A stretch of DNA of 64,000 bases from a virus (lineage: Duplodnaviria > Caudoviricetes), in IMG/VR virus record IMGVR_UViG_3300028175_000001. The stretch is one strand, 5' to 3'. Every line of letters begins with the position of its first letter. The first letter of the stretch is position 1. A program made the translations under genes and the position numbers. The notes under the pieces are model-generated. The model was not told the DNA's origin. It ran no database searches and saw only the letters and a list, made by a program, of their open reading frames with translations. Shown here one piece after another: positions 29,382 to 39,300 of this stretch.

Positions 29382-30722
29382 TTACATTAAGTTATTTACT
29401 CTTACAATTCTGTAATACTCGTTGCCTGCGGCACCAGCATTATCTGCACTAATATCTGCACTACCTGAGCTTGTGCTATCTGAAGCTCCAGTTGCAAATG
29501 GATTTCTTACAAGACCATAACGAGTCTTAAATCCAATTTTTGGCTGGAAAGTGCTTGTATCAACTGCACGTACCATTTGTAACGGAACGTATGGGCAGTA
29601 GAACATACCAGCATCATATGAAGATGATCCTTTATATCCAACTACAAAATAGTTAGCATCATTTGTTACTGCATATGGATCAACATAAACACGATAACGC
29701 CCGTTAAGTACACCAACAAAAGTATTTCCTGCATCATCAGGATTAAGATTGTTGCTGTCAAGAGCAGGAGCGTAATCAAGAACTCCAGCCATTTGAAGTG
29801 CGGAAGCAACATCTGAAGAGGTCATAAGGATATTACCTTTTCCTCTACGTGTCTTCTTCGCAATCTCATTGGCTTCTCTCTCTATCTGGAACATGAGACC
29901 TTTAAACTTCTCTACGGACCAGCGACCATTTGAATCTGTGTCAAGATCAAAAATACCTGCAGTTGTGGTGTTATTTTGGGCACCGACTTTGGCTTCTCTG
30001 TAAATCTTACGAATAACTTCACGATTAATTTCTGCAAGAATCTCAGCGGAAAGAATATTGCTGAGTTCTGTTTCTGCATCAAGACCATGAACTGCTTTAA
30101 GATCCTGAGCAACTTCCATTGTGTAATCCGCTCTTAAGGCTCTTGTTTTCGCAGTAACAGTAACCTTCTCAATCGAGAAAGCCATGTTATTAGGCGTCAT
30201 TGACTCACCTGCGGCAGTTGATAATCCTCCACTTACTAAAGTTTGAGAAGCATTAGCCGTACCATCAGAATGAATATGAAGTCCCGGAACATTGCTGTCT
30301 TGGGCTATGCCAGAATTAGCAGAATAATTTGTGTCCGCTTCATTATAAAGTGCTTCTGGTGACTGATTCATTGTGACATATCTTGCTCTCATAGCAAAGA
30401 TAAGACCAGTAGGACCAGTCATTGGTTGCACACCACAAACATCGTATGCAATCAAATTAGGCATTGCTCTCCGAACAAGAGAAATCATAATAGGGTCATA
30501 TTTTGCAACACCCCCCTGATCAGGGAATGAGCCTGAAGCCTGGCCGGCCTCTGTCAAGAAATTTTGTGAAGAAAGGACTTGATTGTCTTCCTGCATGGAC
30601 TTTTCTTGATTCTCCAAAAGAACAGTTGTTACTGCCTTTCTATATGGGTCTGAAATTGTTCCCAATTCTGGATGATCAAGAATAGGAGCCCACTTTTTTT
30701 GTAATTGCTCTGATAAATACAT
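29382..30722 (-). CDS. 23: Major capsid protein (gp23)
   Basis: KWAPILDH, LLENQE, VQPMTGPTGLIFAMR, EINREVIR and QPKIGFKTRYG. Confidence 0.98.
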   Translation of the reverse strand: MYLSEQLQKKWAPILDHPELGTISDPYRKAVTTVLLENQEKSMQEDNQVLSSQNFLTEAGQASGSFPDQGGVAKYDPIMISLVRRAMPNLIAYDVCGVQPMTGPTGLIFAMRARYVTMNQSPEALYNEADTNYSANSGIAQDSNVPGLHIHSDGTANASQTLVSGGLSTAAGESMTPNNMAFSIEKVTVTAKTRALRADYTMEVAQDLKAVHGLDAETELSNILSAEILAEINREVIRKIYREAKVGAQNNTTTAGIFDLDTDSNGRWSVEKFKGLMFQIEREANEIAKKTRRGKGNILMTSSDVASALQMAGVLDYAPALDSNNLNPDDAGNTFVGVLNGRYRVYVDPYAVTNDANYFVVGYKGSSSYDAGMFYCPYVPLQMVRAVDTSTFQPKIGFKTRYGLVRNPFATGASDSTSSGSADISADNAGAAGNEYYRIVRVNNLM

Positions 30723-30741
30723 GTGTAAATCTCCTTAATTG

Positions 30742-31941
30742 TTATTTAATAATAGTTCTAGAAATAGCTGATGCATATTTTTTGATATTTTCAGGCGCTT
30801 GTGCCATTGCATCGTCTGAAGAATTTTCTTCATTGAATTCCATATCATCTTGTGTATCTTCGATTAAAACGGTTTTTGGATTAATCGTTTCTTCTGCACG
30901 GAAATACTTGTCTTTAATAATCTGAAGTTTTTCAGTATAGGAATCTTCATTTTCATATCCAATACCCTCAGCCAATTTAATCATTTTTTCTTGATCAACT
31001 TCAGTCATTCCTTCTGAAACCATATACAAAGAATCCATCTTTTTGTACTCTTTGAGGTCTTTAGATGAATCAATGTTTTTTTGTATTTCAGAATTTAATG
31101 ACTCTTCAAGGTCTTCAACCTTAGCGAATAGGTCATCAACAAGATCAACCTTTTCGTCAGGAATATCAACATAATGTTCGACAAACAGATTTTTAAGACC
31201 AACCATAAAATCTTCAACGATTTCTGAACGAATGCCCTTATCAACGGCAAGTTCATTTTCTTGCATCCATTCATTAACAACATAATTCATGAAATCATCT
31301 ACTTTTTCAATCATAACACTATGGTTATTTTCGATGGCTTCTTGAAGTTCTGTTTTATATTGTTCATCGAGTTTGTCTATTCTTGTGGAAACTTCATCGT
31401 TGACTCTAGCAAAAACTGCGGCTTCAAATATAGTAGCCGCCTTTTCTTTAAATTCGTCTGACAGTTCTTCTCCCTCAATAAGGGCTTGAACATCACTCTC
31501 TAAATCAAATTCTTCTCTAGTAACAACTTCTCGTGTTTCTTTTTTATTTTCGGAAACAATTTCATTACCTTCTTCGTCGAATTCGGCTTCATCAATTTCG
31601 TTAAGCGCACCGAGAATTTCAGCAACTTCATCTTTGCTCATCTCGTCTAACTTATCATAAATTGATTTAATAAGTGACATTTTTGATGCACTTTCAGAAA
31701 CTCCTCCTTTATCAGCAGGACGCTTCTTAGCAGATGGCACCCCTTTTGTAAAATCTGGTTTGGGCCCATCGGGAACCTCGTTATTTACTCCCGTATCTAT
31801 TGCTTTTTTGGGAGCTTTTTTAATTGGTTCTTTATTTTTTCCAGCACCTGGATATGAAGTCTCATGTACCTGAGATTCTTCATTTGTAATATCCTCTTGA
31901 GTTTCCTCTTGAGTTTCCTCTATTACGTTTTCTTCTGACAT
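30742..31941 (-). CDS. 22: Prohead scaffolding/core protein (gp22)
   Basis: Acidic coiled-coil, FKEKAATIFEAA, YVVNEWMQENELA and GLKNLFVEHY. Confidence 0.92.
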   Translation of the reverse strand: MSEENVIEETQEETQEDITNEESQVHETSYPGAGKNKEPIKKAPKKAIDTGVNNEVPDGPKPDFTKGVPSAKKRPADKGGVSESASKMSLIKSIYDKLDEMSKDEVAEILGALNEIDEAEFDEEGNEIVSENKKETREVVTREEFDLESDVQALIEGEELSDEFKEKAATIFEAAVFARVNDEVSTRIDKLDEQYKTELQEAIENNHSVMIEKVDDFMNYVVNEWMQENELAVDKGIRSEIVEDFMVGLKNLFVEHYVDIPDEKVDLVDDLFAKVEDLEESLNSEIQKNIDSSKDLKEYKKMDSLYMVSEGMTEVDQEKMIKLAEGIGYENEDSYTEKLQIIKDKYFRAEETINPKTVLIEDTQDDMEFNEENSSDDAMAQAPENIKKYASAISRTIIK

Positions 31942-31990
31942 TTGATAACTCCTTAATTTTGTGAGAATTTTGTTTTCTGTCTCATGTTTA

Positions 31991-31998
31991 TATTTATA
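31991..31998 (-). promoter_or_regulatory. T4-type late promoter TATAAATA
   Basis: Exact consensus on the minus strand upstream of gp22. Confidence 0.75.
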
Positions 31999-32001
31999 TA
32001 A

Positions 32002-32646
32002 TTATAGATTTGAAAGAAAACTATTAAACGCTTTTAACTTTACATTCTCTAGTTTAATGGAAGAGGATTTGTTAATTTCTTTTTTAATAAACGAAAGAGC
32101 TTTTTCTTTAATAACCCCTGACTCCCAAACCCATTCTTTTCCTTCCATGATTCCTTGAACAAATGCCTCGGGTGCAGAAGGATCAGCAACTATATCAGCG
32201 GCTGTTGCTAAATAAAAATCATCTTTTACATATTTTGTTCCACCCTTTTCTTCTAAAGACCCCATTCCCCTAGAAGAAACGCCTAACTGTGCGCCATTTT
32301 CAATAAGATTTTGCACAATTTTTCCATATGGAGTGTCCATAATTTTTGCTTTACCAATAACATTATTACCGTCTTCTTCCAGCTCGGTAATCATATGAGA
32401 CACCCTTTCTAAATTTATACCAGGACCATCTGGATGCCCCAATTCTCCAAATGCTCTTTTTTTGTTAACATAATTCTCATTATATCTCTGAATTTCTTTC
32501 ATAAGAATTTCTTTGGGATAAACTCTTCCATTTTTATTTTTCACTTCTGCCATCATGAACGGTCCATGAATATATAGAGACTTTTTCCCATTGATAGTTT
32601 CTGTAATATATTCTATATTTTCTGTAATTTCTGTAATTAATCTCAT
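32002..32646 (-). CDS. 21: Prohead protease (gp21)
   Basis: NKNGRVYP, GELGHP, GVSSRGMGS and DIVADPSAP. Confidence 0.96.
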   Translation of the reverse strand: MRLITEITENIEYITETINGKKSLYIHGPFMMAEVKNKNGRVYPKEILMKEIQRYNENYVNKKRAFGELGHPDGPGINLERVSHMITELEEDGNNVIGKAKIMDTPYGKIVQNLIENGAQLGVSSRGMGSLEEKGGTKYVKDDFYLATAADIVADPSAPEAFVQGIMEGKEWVWESGVIKEKALSFIKKEINKSSSIKLENVKLKAFNSFLSNL

Positions 32647-32655
32647 GACTTAGCC

Positions 32656-33054
32656 TTATTGTCCAGGTGTTTTTATCTTTGTCTTTCTTTTACGTTGCAA
32701 TTCTTGATATCTTTTAACTTTTACTAGTCGTTTTGCCATTTTTTTAATTTTGGGTAAAAACTTATCTAATCTTGTTGATATCATCATTTTTTGAGCAGGA
32801 GACATAGATGCCATACTTTGTCCTTTAGCAATTCTATTTTTCATTATATTTCTAGCACTTCTCTGAGCCCGTTTTTGCAATACTTTTGGACTAGCCATTC
32901 TTCTTAATGCTCTCTCCTTCGCTCTTGTCAATAACTTAGAACGTCTTCTAGCTCGTTGACCCGCTTTCAATCTTTGTTGAAGAGTAAATTTTCTTTCCTC
33001 TAAGGGAACATGTTGATATTCTGATTCATCTTTAAATTCTCTGAAATTTTTCAT
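32656..33054 (-). CDS. Basic prohead core protein (gp68-like)
   Basis: Arg/Lys-rich helix directly upstream of gp21. Confidence 0.55.
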   Translation of the reverse strand: MKNFREFKDESEYQHVPLEERKFTLQQRLKAGQRARRRSKLLTRAKERALRRMASPKVLQKRAQRSARNIMKNRIAKGQSMASMSPAQKMMISTRLDKFLPKIKKMAKRLVKVKRYQELQRKRKTKIKTPGQ

Positions 33055-33371
33055 TTTTTTTGATGATGCTTTCCTAATTTCGAAATTCCCCTATACAACC
33101 CAGATCTCAACGTTTTCTTTCTTTTTAAAGTTATTAATCTCTGTTTTATTTTTCTTTTTCTTAAAGACTGCCTTATTTTCAAATTAGTTTTAGGATTAAA
33201 CCTTTTTCTTTCTTTAGCAGACATTTTTTTAAGGATCTTTTTACCCGCAACTTTTCTATATCCTTTACCGATCAGGCTTCTGCTTTTTCTAAAAATATTT
33301 CTGAACGCCTTTCGTCTACCGCCAATAGTTCGAACACGACTAATTTTATGTATTCTTCTCGCATTTGCCAT
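33051..33371 (-). CDS. Very basic hypothetical protein (possible internal/core protein)
   Basis: 106 aa, extremely R/K-rich, ATGA-coupled to the next gene. Confidence 0.6.
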   Translation of the reverse strand: MANARRIHKISRVRTIGGRRKAFRNIFRKSRSLIGKGYRKVAGKKILKKMSAKERKRFNPKTNLKIRQSLRKRKIKQRLITLKRKKTLRSGLYRGISKLGKHHQKK

Positions 33372-33377
33372 TTAACA

Positions 33378-33626
33378 TTAGTCCGAATGTGCTATTTTTG
33401 TCGCTTGACCCGTGAAGGTTATGCTATAAGCGGCATCTTTATTAACTTTATGTATTCCTACAGGAAGTTTAATTGTTCCTTTAGACTCCCATGCCGCACC
33501 ATTTAATCCAAGACCCTGTACTTCTACAACTCCAGCAGTTTCTATGTTACACGCAACCGAAGTCGCTGAACCTATTGTATTATTTGCTGGATCTGTTACT
33601 AAAGTTCCAAGTATTTTATAAGCCAT
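33378..33626 (-). CDS. Hypothetical protein (probable small virion protein)
   Basis: 82-aa beta-rich ORF in the head operon. Confidence 0.6.
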   Translation of the reverse strand: MAYKILGTLVTDPANNTIGSATSVACNIETAGVVEVQGLGLNGAAWESKGTIKLPVGIHKVNKDAAYSITFTGQATKIAHSD

Positions 33627-33629
33627 TAA

Positions 33630-34208
33630 TTACTCTCCTCTGCTTCTAGAAAAAGAAACCATGTTCCAAAAATCTTTCTTACTTTCAAATAGTTTTTTAG
33701 AAAACTCTTCTTTATTTTTTTCATTTAATCTTTTATATGTTTCGTATAAAATTTTTGCATCATCAGGATCAACAATTACTTGAATATCATCTTTTAAACT
33801 TATTTTATGAGATCTTTGTTCTTTATAAATTTGTTTAAGCAATGGAATTAAATCATTAATATGATGAACATCTTCAATCATATCTGCATCATCATATTCA
33901 TATTCTTCATATGGATTATCTTCTGAACCATGTTCCATTTCATAATCAAGATAATATTTTACAGAACTTAAATTAGAACATGCTTTTGAAATTTTATCTT
34001 GTACCCATGTTTCTAATTCAACTTGATCATCAAGCATTTCAAAAAGGTCCTTACTGTATTTATGCACTTTATATAAACTTTGTTTAGCCAGTCTTCCTTC
34101 AAAATCATCATATTTCATTTTCATATGAGGAAATTCATGAGAAATGTTTACAGAATGTTCTTTTATTTCTTTTTTAGCTACTGATGATAAATCTTTAAAT
34201 GTTTTCAT
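33630..34208 (-). CDS. Hypothetical head-module protein
   Basis: MKTFKDL start typical of T4-like core proteins; first gene after a late promoter. Confidence 0.65.
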   Translation of the reverse strand: MKTFKDLSSVAKKEIKEHSVNISHEFPHMKMKYDDFEGRLAKQSLYKVHKYSKDLFEMLDDQVELETWVQDKISKACSNLSSVKYYLDYEMEHGSEDNPYEEYEYDDADMIEDVHHINDLIPLLKQIYKEQRSHKISLKDDIQVIVDPDDAKILYETYKRLNEKNKEEFSKKLFESKKDFWNMVSFSRSRGE

Positions 34209-34242
34209 AACCCCTTGGCATTAAATTGTAATATCTAATTTA

Positions 34243-34250
34243 TATTTATA
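34243..34250 (-). promoter_or_regulatory. T4-type late promoter TATAAATA
   Basis: Exact consensus at the downstream boundary of the accessory insertion. Confidence 0.75.
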
Positions 34251-34268
34251 TAATCCATGTCCTTTGTG

Positions 34269-34655
34269 TTAAATCATTTTTCCTAAAATCATGCCAAAGT
34301 CATTAGGTAAATGGTAAATTATATTTTTTTCATCTAAAAGTGTTTTAACTTGATCATATATGGATTCATCAAAATCAAAATACCACATATAATCTTCTGC
34401 CCATTGCCCAGCACATGAAACCAAAGAAAGCAATGTTGAATTATTAGCAGTGTGTTTATATTCATTTTTAACATATCCAGATGTAGTAGGATCAAAAGTG
34501 CATATTAACGATGATGTTTGTAAATGTATTTTATGAAAGTCTGTTAAATCTGGAACAGGTTCAATATCACAATCCAATACAAATTCATTATCAACTATTG
34601 TTAATGTTGCTTCTATCTCTATTCCGCTCTCTGTTAAAGGCATATTCCGCTCCAA
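34269..34655 (-). CDS. Acidic hypothetical protein
   Basis: 128-aa ORF, last gene of the inserted cluster. Confidence 0.65.
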   Translation of the reverse strand: MERNMPLTESGIEIEATLTIVDNEFVLDCDIEPVPDLTDFHKIHLQTSSLICTFDPTTSGYVKNEYKHTANNSTLLSLVSCAGQWAEDYMWYFDFDESIYDQVKTLLDEKNIIYHLPNDFGMILGKMI

Positions 34656-35221
34656 AAATCATCCCAAATAAGTTTATCTGCTGAATCATAAGGTCTAAAC
34701 CATTTATCCCCAACATGCATTTTTTTAACACCATCAAATGGAAGTTCGACCCAAAATAATAAGCGAGGTTTCCATTCTGGATTTAATTTCCAATTTTCCC
34801 AATGAAGAACACTACCTAAAAACGAATCCATTAATAAATCGTCACCTAAATACAAATAATTTATAATTTTACTGCCTAATTTTCTTAACAAAAGAGGATT
34901 TTCTAAAATAACAAAAACAGGTAGTCCATAAGCAGAATCAGGAAGTTCATCTAATGATTGCTCGTTAAATGTATGTATTGTTGCACCTGTTTGTTGTAAA
35001 TCATTCTTAATGGCTCTCATCATCTGAACTGCATGAATTTCATATTGTTCCATATCTAAGTCAGAATTAATATTATTATCAGGAAATAAAGATAAGGATA
35101 CATTCATAAGAAAATGATTAATCGCAATATTAGAACCATTAAGATGTGTAGGATATAAATCTTTTTTGAGAGAATTCGTCCAAGCAGTTTTAAATATTGT
35201 TCTTCGTTCTTCGGGAGTCAT
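34634..35221 (-). CDS. Hypothetical protein sharing a motif with the hidden ORF at 52674-52853
   Basis: 195-aa ORF containing LLLRKLGSKIINYLYLGDD. Confidence 0.7.
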   Translation of the reverse strand: MTPEERRTIFKTAWTNSLKKDLYPTHLNGSNIAINHFLMNVSLSLFPDNNINSDLDMEQYEIHAVQMMRAIKNDLQQTGATIHTFNEQSLDELPDSAYGLPVFVILENPLLLRKLGSKIINYLYLGDDLLMDSFLGSVLHWENWKLNPEWKPRLLFWVELPFDGVKKMHVGDKWFRPYDSADKLIWDDFWSGICL

Positions 35222-35718
35222 AATGATATTCCTTTTCGGTCAAAATATTCCGTTATACTATGCATAAAATCATAAATATATGCCCATTTCATATGAAATT
35301 GAGGCCTCCCCTCCTTACTTTGCTGTAAATATTCCATCACGGAACTATTAGGATCAACAGTAGGATATGATGTATATAAATTTTCAAGAAAAGCATCAAA
35401 ATGTTCTTGACCATATTTCGTTGCTAACGAATTATATCCATTTATTATAGTATTTATTCTCGTAGAATACGAATGAATATGATCAGGTCCAGGATGTAAT
35501 TGTTTATCGATATATGTTCGACCTTCTTCTACGGTATCATCTGTATATTGAGTATCATCTATGATAGTCTCTTTTGTAAATCTAATCTTTGATGTTGAAT
35601 GAATTAAACAATGAAGTTCTATTAATAATGTATCATCATCTAGTTCATCTTCCATTTTTAACTTTGACCACAGAGGAGATGTATCTATAGTCGGAAATTC
35701 TTCAGTAATTCTTCCCAT
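35218..35718 (-). CDS. Acidic hypothetical protein
   Basis: 166-aa ORF, ATGA-coupled to the next gene. Confidence 0.7.
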   Translation of the reverse strand: MGRITEEFPTIDTSPLWSKLKMEDELDDDTLLIELHCLIHSTSKIRFTKETIIDDTQYTDDTVEEGRTYIDKQLHPGPDHIHSYSTRINTIINGYNSLATKYGQEHFDAFLENLYTSYPTVDPNSSVMEYLQQSKEGRPQFHMKWAYIYDFMHSITEYFDRKGISL

Positions 35719-35727
35719 TTTATATCC

Positions 35728-36621
35728 TTACTTTAATGCTTCCAAAAACCAGTCTATTCGTTTTTCTTCTTCTAAAAGGTATTTAGTAAACGGTTTTGCT
35801 ATTTTACCATATTGGCAACTTTCAATAAAGGGTTTATCTTCTGATAAAATGGTCGGTACAAAGTTTTTCGCACTCGTTTTTATAACGTCCGCCATTCGTT
35901 CATCCATACCTTCTTTATTAAAATATCCTTCATATACTACTGTTGTTTCATTATGTTTTTCGGGAATAAAATAACCAATAAACGTCACAATATCAGAAAT
36001 ATTTGATATAAACAAATTAGGAAATATATAGATATTTTCCCATTTCCATTCATCAATATATTTTTTATATCGTTGAGGTGCTTCTGAAACTATTCGTTCT
36101 AATGAATGTTTTCCATATCTTATTTGTTCTGGAATATGGTCTAATGAAAGAAATGGTTTTAACATATTTTTAGATTCTTTATGTACGTGTTTTACATGCT
36201 GGTATTCTATAACATTTTCAACAAATAATTTCCAATTTGCGTTAATTTTCAACTCGTAATGAAAAAAATGATTATTGGCTTTATAATTATATTTGCGTAA
36301 TAAAGAAATCATTGAAGGATCGTGTTCACCTACAAACAATAAATTTTTATATCTGTAATGAGGATATTGTTTTGCATGAGACTGGTCTTTACCATGATAA
36401 CCACATACAAATTCTTGATTACCATATCCTAGGGGGTGTATTAAGGAAAGTCTATGGTCACAAACATTATCATAAACAGCACCATCTCTAACAACAACTG
36501 GGTGTTTTCCTATAAGAAAACTGTGATAATCATTTTTACGTAATGAACGATACCCAGAATCTACAAACATTCCTTTTAAGAATATTTTTTCTATTTCCTC
36601 ACTAAATCGTTGTTTTTCCAT
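35728..36621 (-). CDS. Rieske non-heme iron oxygenase (ring-hydroxylating alpha-subunit-like)
   Basis: CDH...CGYH Rieske ligands, NWKLFVENVIEYQHVKHVH mononuclear Fe site, C-terminal EDKPFIESCQ. Confidence 0.85.
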   Translation of the reverse strand: MEKQRFSEEIEKIFLKGMFVDSGYRSLRKNDYHSFLIGKHPVVVRDGAVYDNVCDHRLSLIHPLGYGNQEFVCGYHGKDQSHAKQYPHYRYKNLLFVGEHDPSMISLLRKYNYKANNHFFHYELKINANWKLFVENVIEYQHVKHVHKESKNMLKPFLSLDHIPEQIRYGKHSLERIVSEAPQRYKKYIDEWKWENIYIFPNLFISNISDIVTFIGYFIPEKHNETTVVYEGYFNKEGMDERMADVIKTSAKNFVPTILSEDKPFIESCQYGKIAKPFTKYLLEEEKRIDWFLEALK

Positions 36622-37718
36622 TCTCTTTCAGGGATCATAGGCTTCATAAATTTGTTATAAACCATAGTATCTTCAACACGGGACTGTAAATTAAGAATGT
36701 TTCGTATATCTTTACGTGTTTCTGTAAATTGTGTTTTATAGGGTTCTTGAGAATAATAGTTATAATCTTCAGGAATTAAATGACAATAATTACATGGTGT
36801 ACGGTATGCTACTCGTTCATCTACAGGACCTATTCTATTATGTAAAGTTATAGAATTATCAAAAATACATATATCATTATTTTGCTGATATTTATGGTGA
36901 TAAATATATTCATCTACAAATAATTCTTTGTCTAAATCATCTAAAAACTTAGTTCTCTCTACGGTGCCAGGAGAATAGTGTAGTCCTTTTATTCCTCCAG
37001 GAGATGTAATGACCAGTGGAAGTTCAATCGGTTCAAACGTTTGATTCCACCGAAATAAATCATCTTGATCTTTGTCAATTTCAGGCGCAGTTTCATAATT
37101 CTGATATTTAAAAATGATGGTCATATCATCTAATTCTCTTTTAAAAGAATCTCTTTGCTTCTCGTACCAAGAAGCAGTAGTAGCAAATCCTGTTGAAGTA
37201 CCAACCATTCCTTTTATGCCCATTAAAGCAATTCCTGGATTAAATACAATTGATCCCGGTTCATTAGAGTGCCAAAGCAATTCTCCTTCAGCAAACATTC
37301 CTATGGCCTTTCCGTTTTCTTTTATACCAGATATACGGTGTAGTTGAGATTTCCAAGGAATCTTTTCCCCTATAAATTCATCACCTCCGGCCCCCATCCA
37401 AGCTAAATCTTCTGCATGTTTTCGGTCTTCGTCTTCTATAAGATTACGTTTAAATAGACTATAGAAATTGCTTATTCCCAATTTCTCTTTATATTTTTTT
37501 CTAATCCTATATCCATCTAAAATAAAAGGATCACCCCAAAGAATCATTTTTCGTTCAAATTCATTAGGATGAATATCAACACCTCTAATGATTGTTACTA
37601 AATCAGTAAGATGGTCTTTTCCTAGTTCTATCCAATCATTATCAGACATTTCTGCTAATGATATATCATCTATAAATCGACCATAATCACCGAGTCCGGG
37701 TATTTTACTAGTTTTCAT
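36591..37718 (-). CDS. TauD/TfdA-family 2OG-Fe(II) dioxygenase
   Basis: LLWHSNE, STGFATT and IFDNSITLHNR motifs. Confidence 0.75.
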   Translation of the reverse strand: MKTSKIPGLGDYGRFIDDISLAEMSDNDWIELGKDHLTDLVTIIRGVDIHPNEFERKMILWGDPFILDGYRIRKKYKEKLGISNFYSLFKRNLIEDEDRKHAEDLAWMGAGGDEFIGEKIPWKSQLHRISGIKENGKAIGMFAEGELLWHSNEPGSIVFNPGIALMGIKGMVGTSTGFATTASWYEKQRDSFKRELDDMTIIFKYQNYETAPEIDKDQDDLFRWNQTFEPIELPLVITSPGGIKGLHYSPGTVERTKFLDDLDKELFVDEYIYHHKYQQNNDICIFDNSITLHNRIGPVDERVAYRTPCNYCHLIPEDYNYYSQEPYKTQFTETRKDIRNILNLQSRVEDTMVYNKFMKPMIPEREWKNNDLVRK

Positions 37719-38515
37719 TGCTTACTCCGTTCATATTTTTCATTTCCCATATCTTCTGCAATGTCTTTTATTATATCAAATACTAATTTCTGAAGATCAA
37801 AATTATACGTAAAGATAAATTCATAATAATTTTCACCCGGTAATGGTGCAGTTCGTAATAATGCTGGTTTCCAAAATCCAGTATTAAAACTTAACGTAAT
37901 TCTATTGTTCGTTTGTAGAAAATTAAAATTTTCATTATCAACCAATTCATTTTTTTCCCAAACTTTATTAATAGCAGTTCTTAAAAGAGCAGTTAAATAA
38001 TTTAATCCATCAATTGAACACGCTGTCCATGTTACATATGCTCTACTCTGTGATGATTCATTAATTAAATGTCCCTCACATGATCCAAAAGTTCTAATAC
38101 CATCAAACACGTTGAAAACATCAACTAACGGCTTAATGCCCGTTTCTATTTCAAAAGTATCATTGGTCACACCTCCTCCCATAGAACCACTAGACAAATC
38201 TTCAGTTGGCAAAAGGTCTAATTCATTAAATAAGGCTATATCTTCAGTAGAATTTATATCTTTCCAATTATAACCAATTTCATATTTTTTAAGAAATTCA
38301 CTAAAAACACTTATTAATAGTTCATATTTTAGATTAGCATGTCCACAAATTAATACATATTCTTTTTTTCTTTTCGCTCGTTCAATGTCTTGATCATTAC
38401 CGCTAATCTTATCTACTAATGAAATTAATAACTTATTTAACAGGTCCACTCGAATTTTCGAATCAGGATCATGTACAATAATATAATTCTGTCTCCACGT
38501 ATTAATTGTAATCAT
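37715..38515 (-). CDS. Hypothetical SCEGH-motif protein (TYW3-like motif), paralogue of 48353-49174
   Basis: GIKPLVDVFNVFDGIRTFGSCEGH...AYVTW. Confidence 0.6.
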   Translation of the reverse strand: MITINTWRQNYIIVHDPDSKIRVDLLNKLLISLVDKISGNDQDIERAKRKKEYVLICGHANLKYELLISVFSEFLKKYEIGYNWKDINSTEDIALFNELDLLPTEDLSSGSMGGGVTNDTFEIETGIKPLVDVFNVFDGIRTFGSCEGHLINESSQSRAYVTWTACSIDGLNYLTALLRTAINKVWEKNELVDNENFNFLQTNNRITLSFNTGFWKPALLRTAPLPGENYYEFIFTYNFDLQKLVFDIIKDIAEDMGNEKYERSKQ

Positions 38516-39300
38516 ATTTTTCTCAAAAATTTCTCTATAATAAAAACATTTAAAAAATCTGTCTCATACCATTTATCTGACATTTTCGTATTATATGCAC
38601 TAGGATCATAATGGTGATTATTATGTAACATTGATCCAGTAAAACCAGACAACCATTGCCCGAGTGTATTGTTTGTACTTTTATCTGTAGTTTCAAAATT
38701 ACGATAGCCCCACATGTGTCCTATAGTATTAACTAAACCTCCAGTATGAAGTGTTATAATACTAGGTAATGCAAAAAAGAAAACAGGTATTCTCCAATCA
38801 ATTAATGCAGTTAAAACAAGTGGTGGAACAACTATAGTCAAATAATTTCTATGTAATAATTTTAAGAACGGATCTTTCACAAGATCAGCATACAGTCTAT
38901 GTTCATATATTTCCTGTCTCCAATTAGTAAACCATACATCAAAAGGACTTAAATAATGTGGCGAATGAGGATCTTCAGGTGTGTCAGATTTCTCATGATG
39001 ATATCTATGAAATGCAACCCACGGAAATTGAGTTCCTTGGTATATAAAGATTCCGCATATAGCCATAAATTTATGGGCCCAAGATTTTGCTTTAAAGCTT
39101 CTATGCGCAAAATATCTATGGGCGCCTATTTCTCCTCCTATATGTCGAAACAATATAACTCCTACAAGAGTTAACCACAGCCAGTACCATGAACTATATA
39201 ACAATCCTATTACTGATGCAATATGAAATAAAATCATGAAGCTAAAATATGCTTGCCATGAATTATTATACTTTGAGATAATTTTTAATAAACTTCCCAC
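38512..39300 (-). CDS. Membrane fatty-acid desaturase (delta-9-like) 3
   Basis: His boxes HRYFAH, HRYHH and HNNHH with transmembrane segments. Confidence 0.92.
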   Translation of the reverse strand: MGSLLKIISKYNNSWQAYFSFMILFHIASVIGLLYSSWYWLWLTLVGVILFRHIGGEIGAHRYFAHRSFKAKSWAHKFMAICGIFIYQGTQFPWVAFHRYHHEKSDTPEDPHSPHYLSPFDVWFTNWRQEIYEHRLYADLVKDPFLKLLHRNYLTIVVPPLVLTALIDWRIPVFFFALPSIITLHTGGLVNTIGHMWGYRNFETTDKSTNNTLGQWLSGFTGSMLHNNHHYDPSAYNTKMSDKWYETDFLNVFIIEKFLRKI

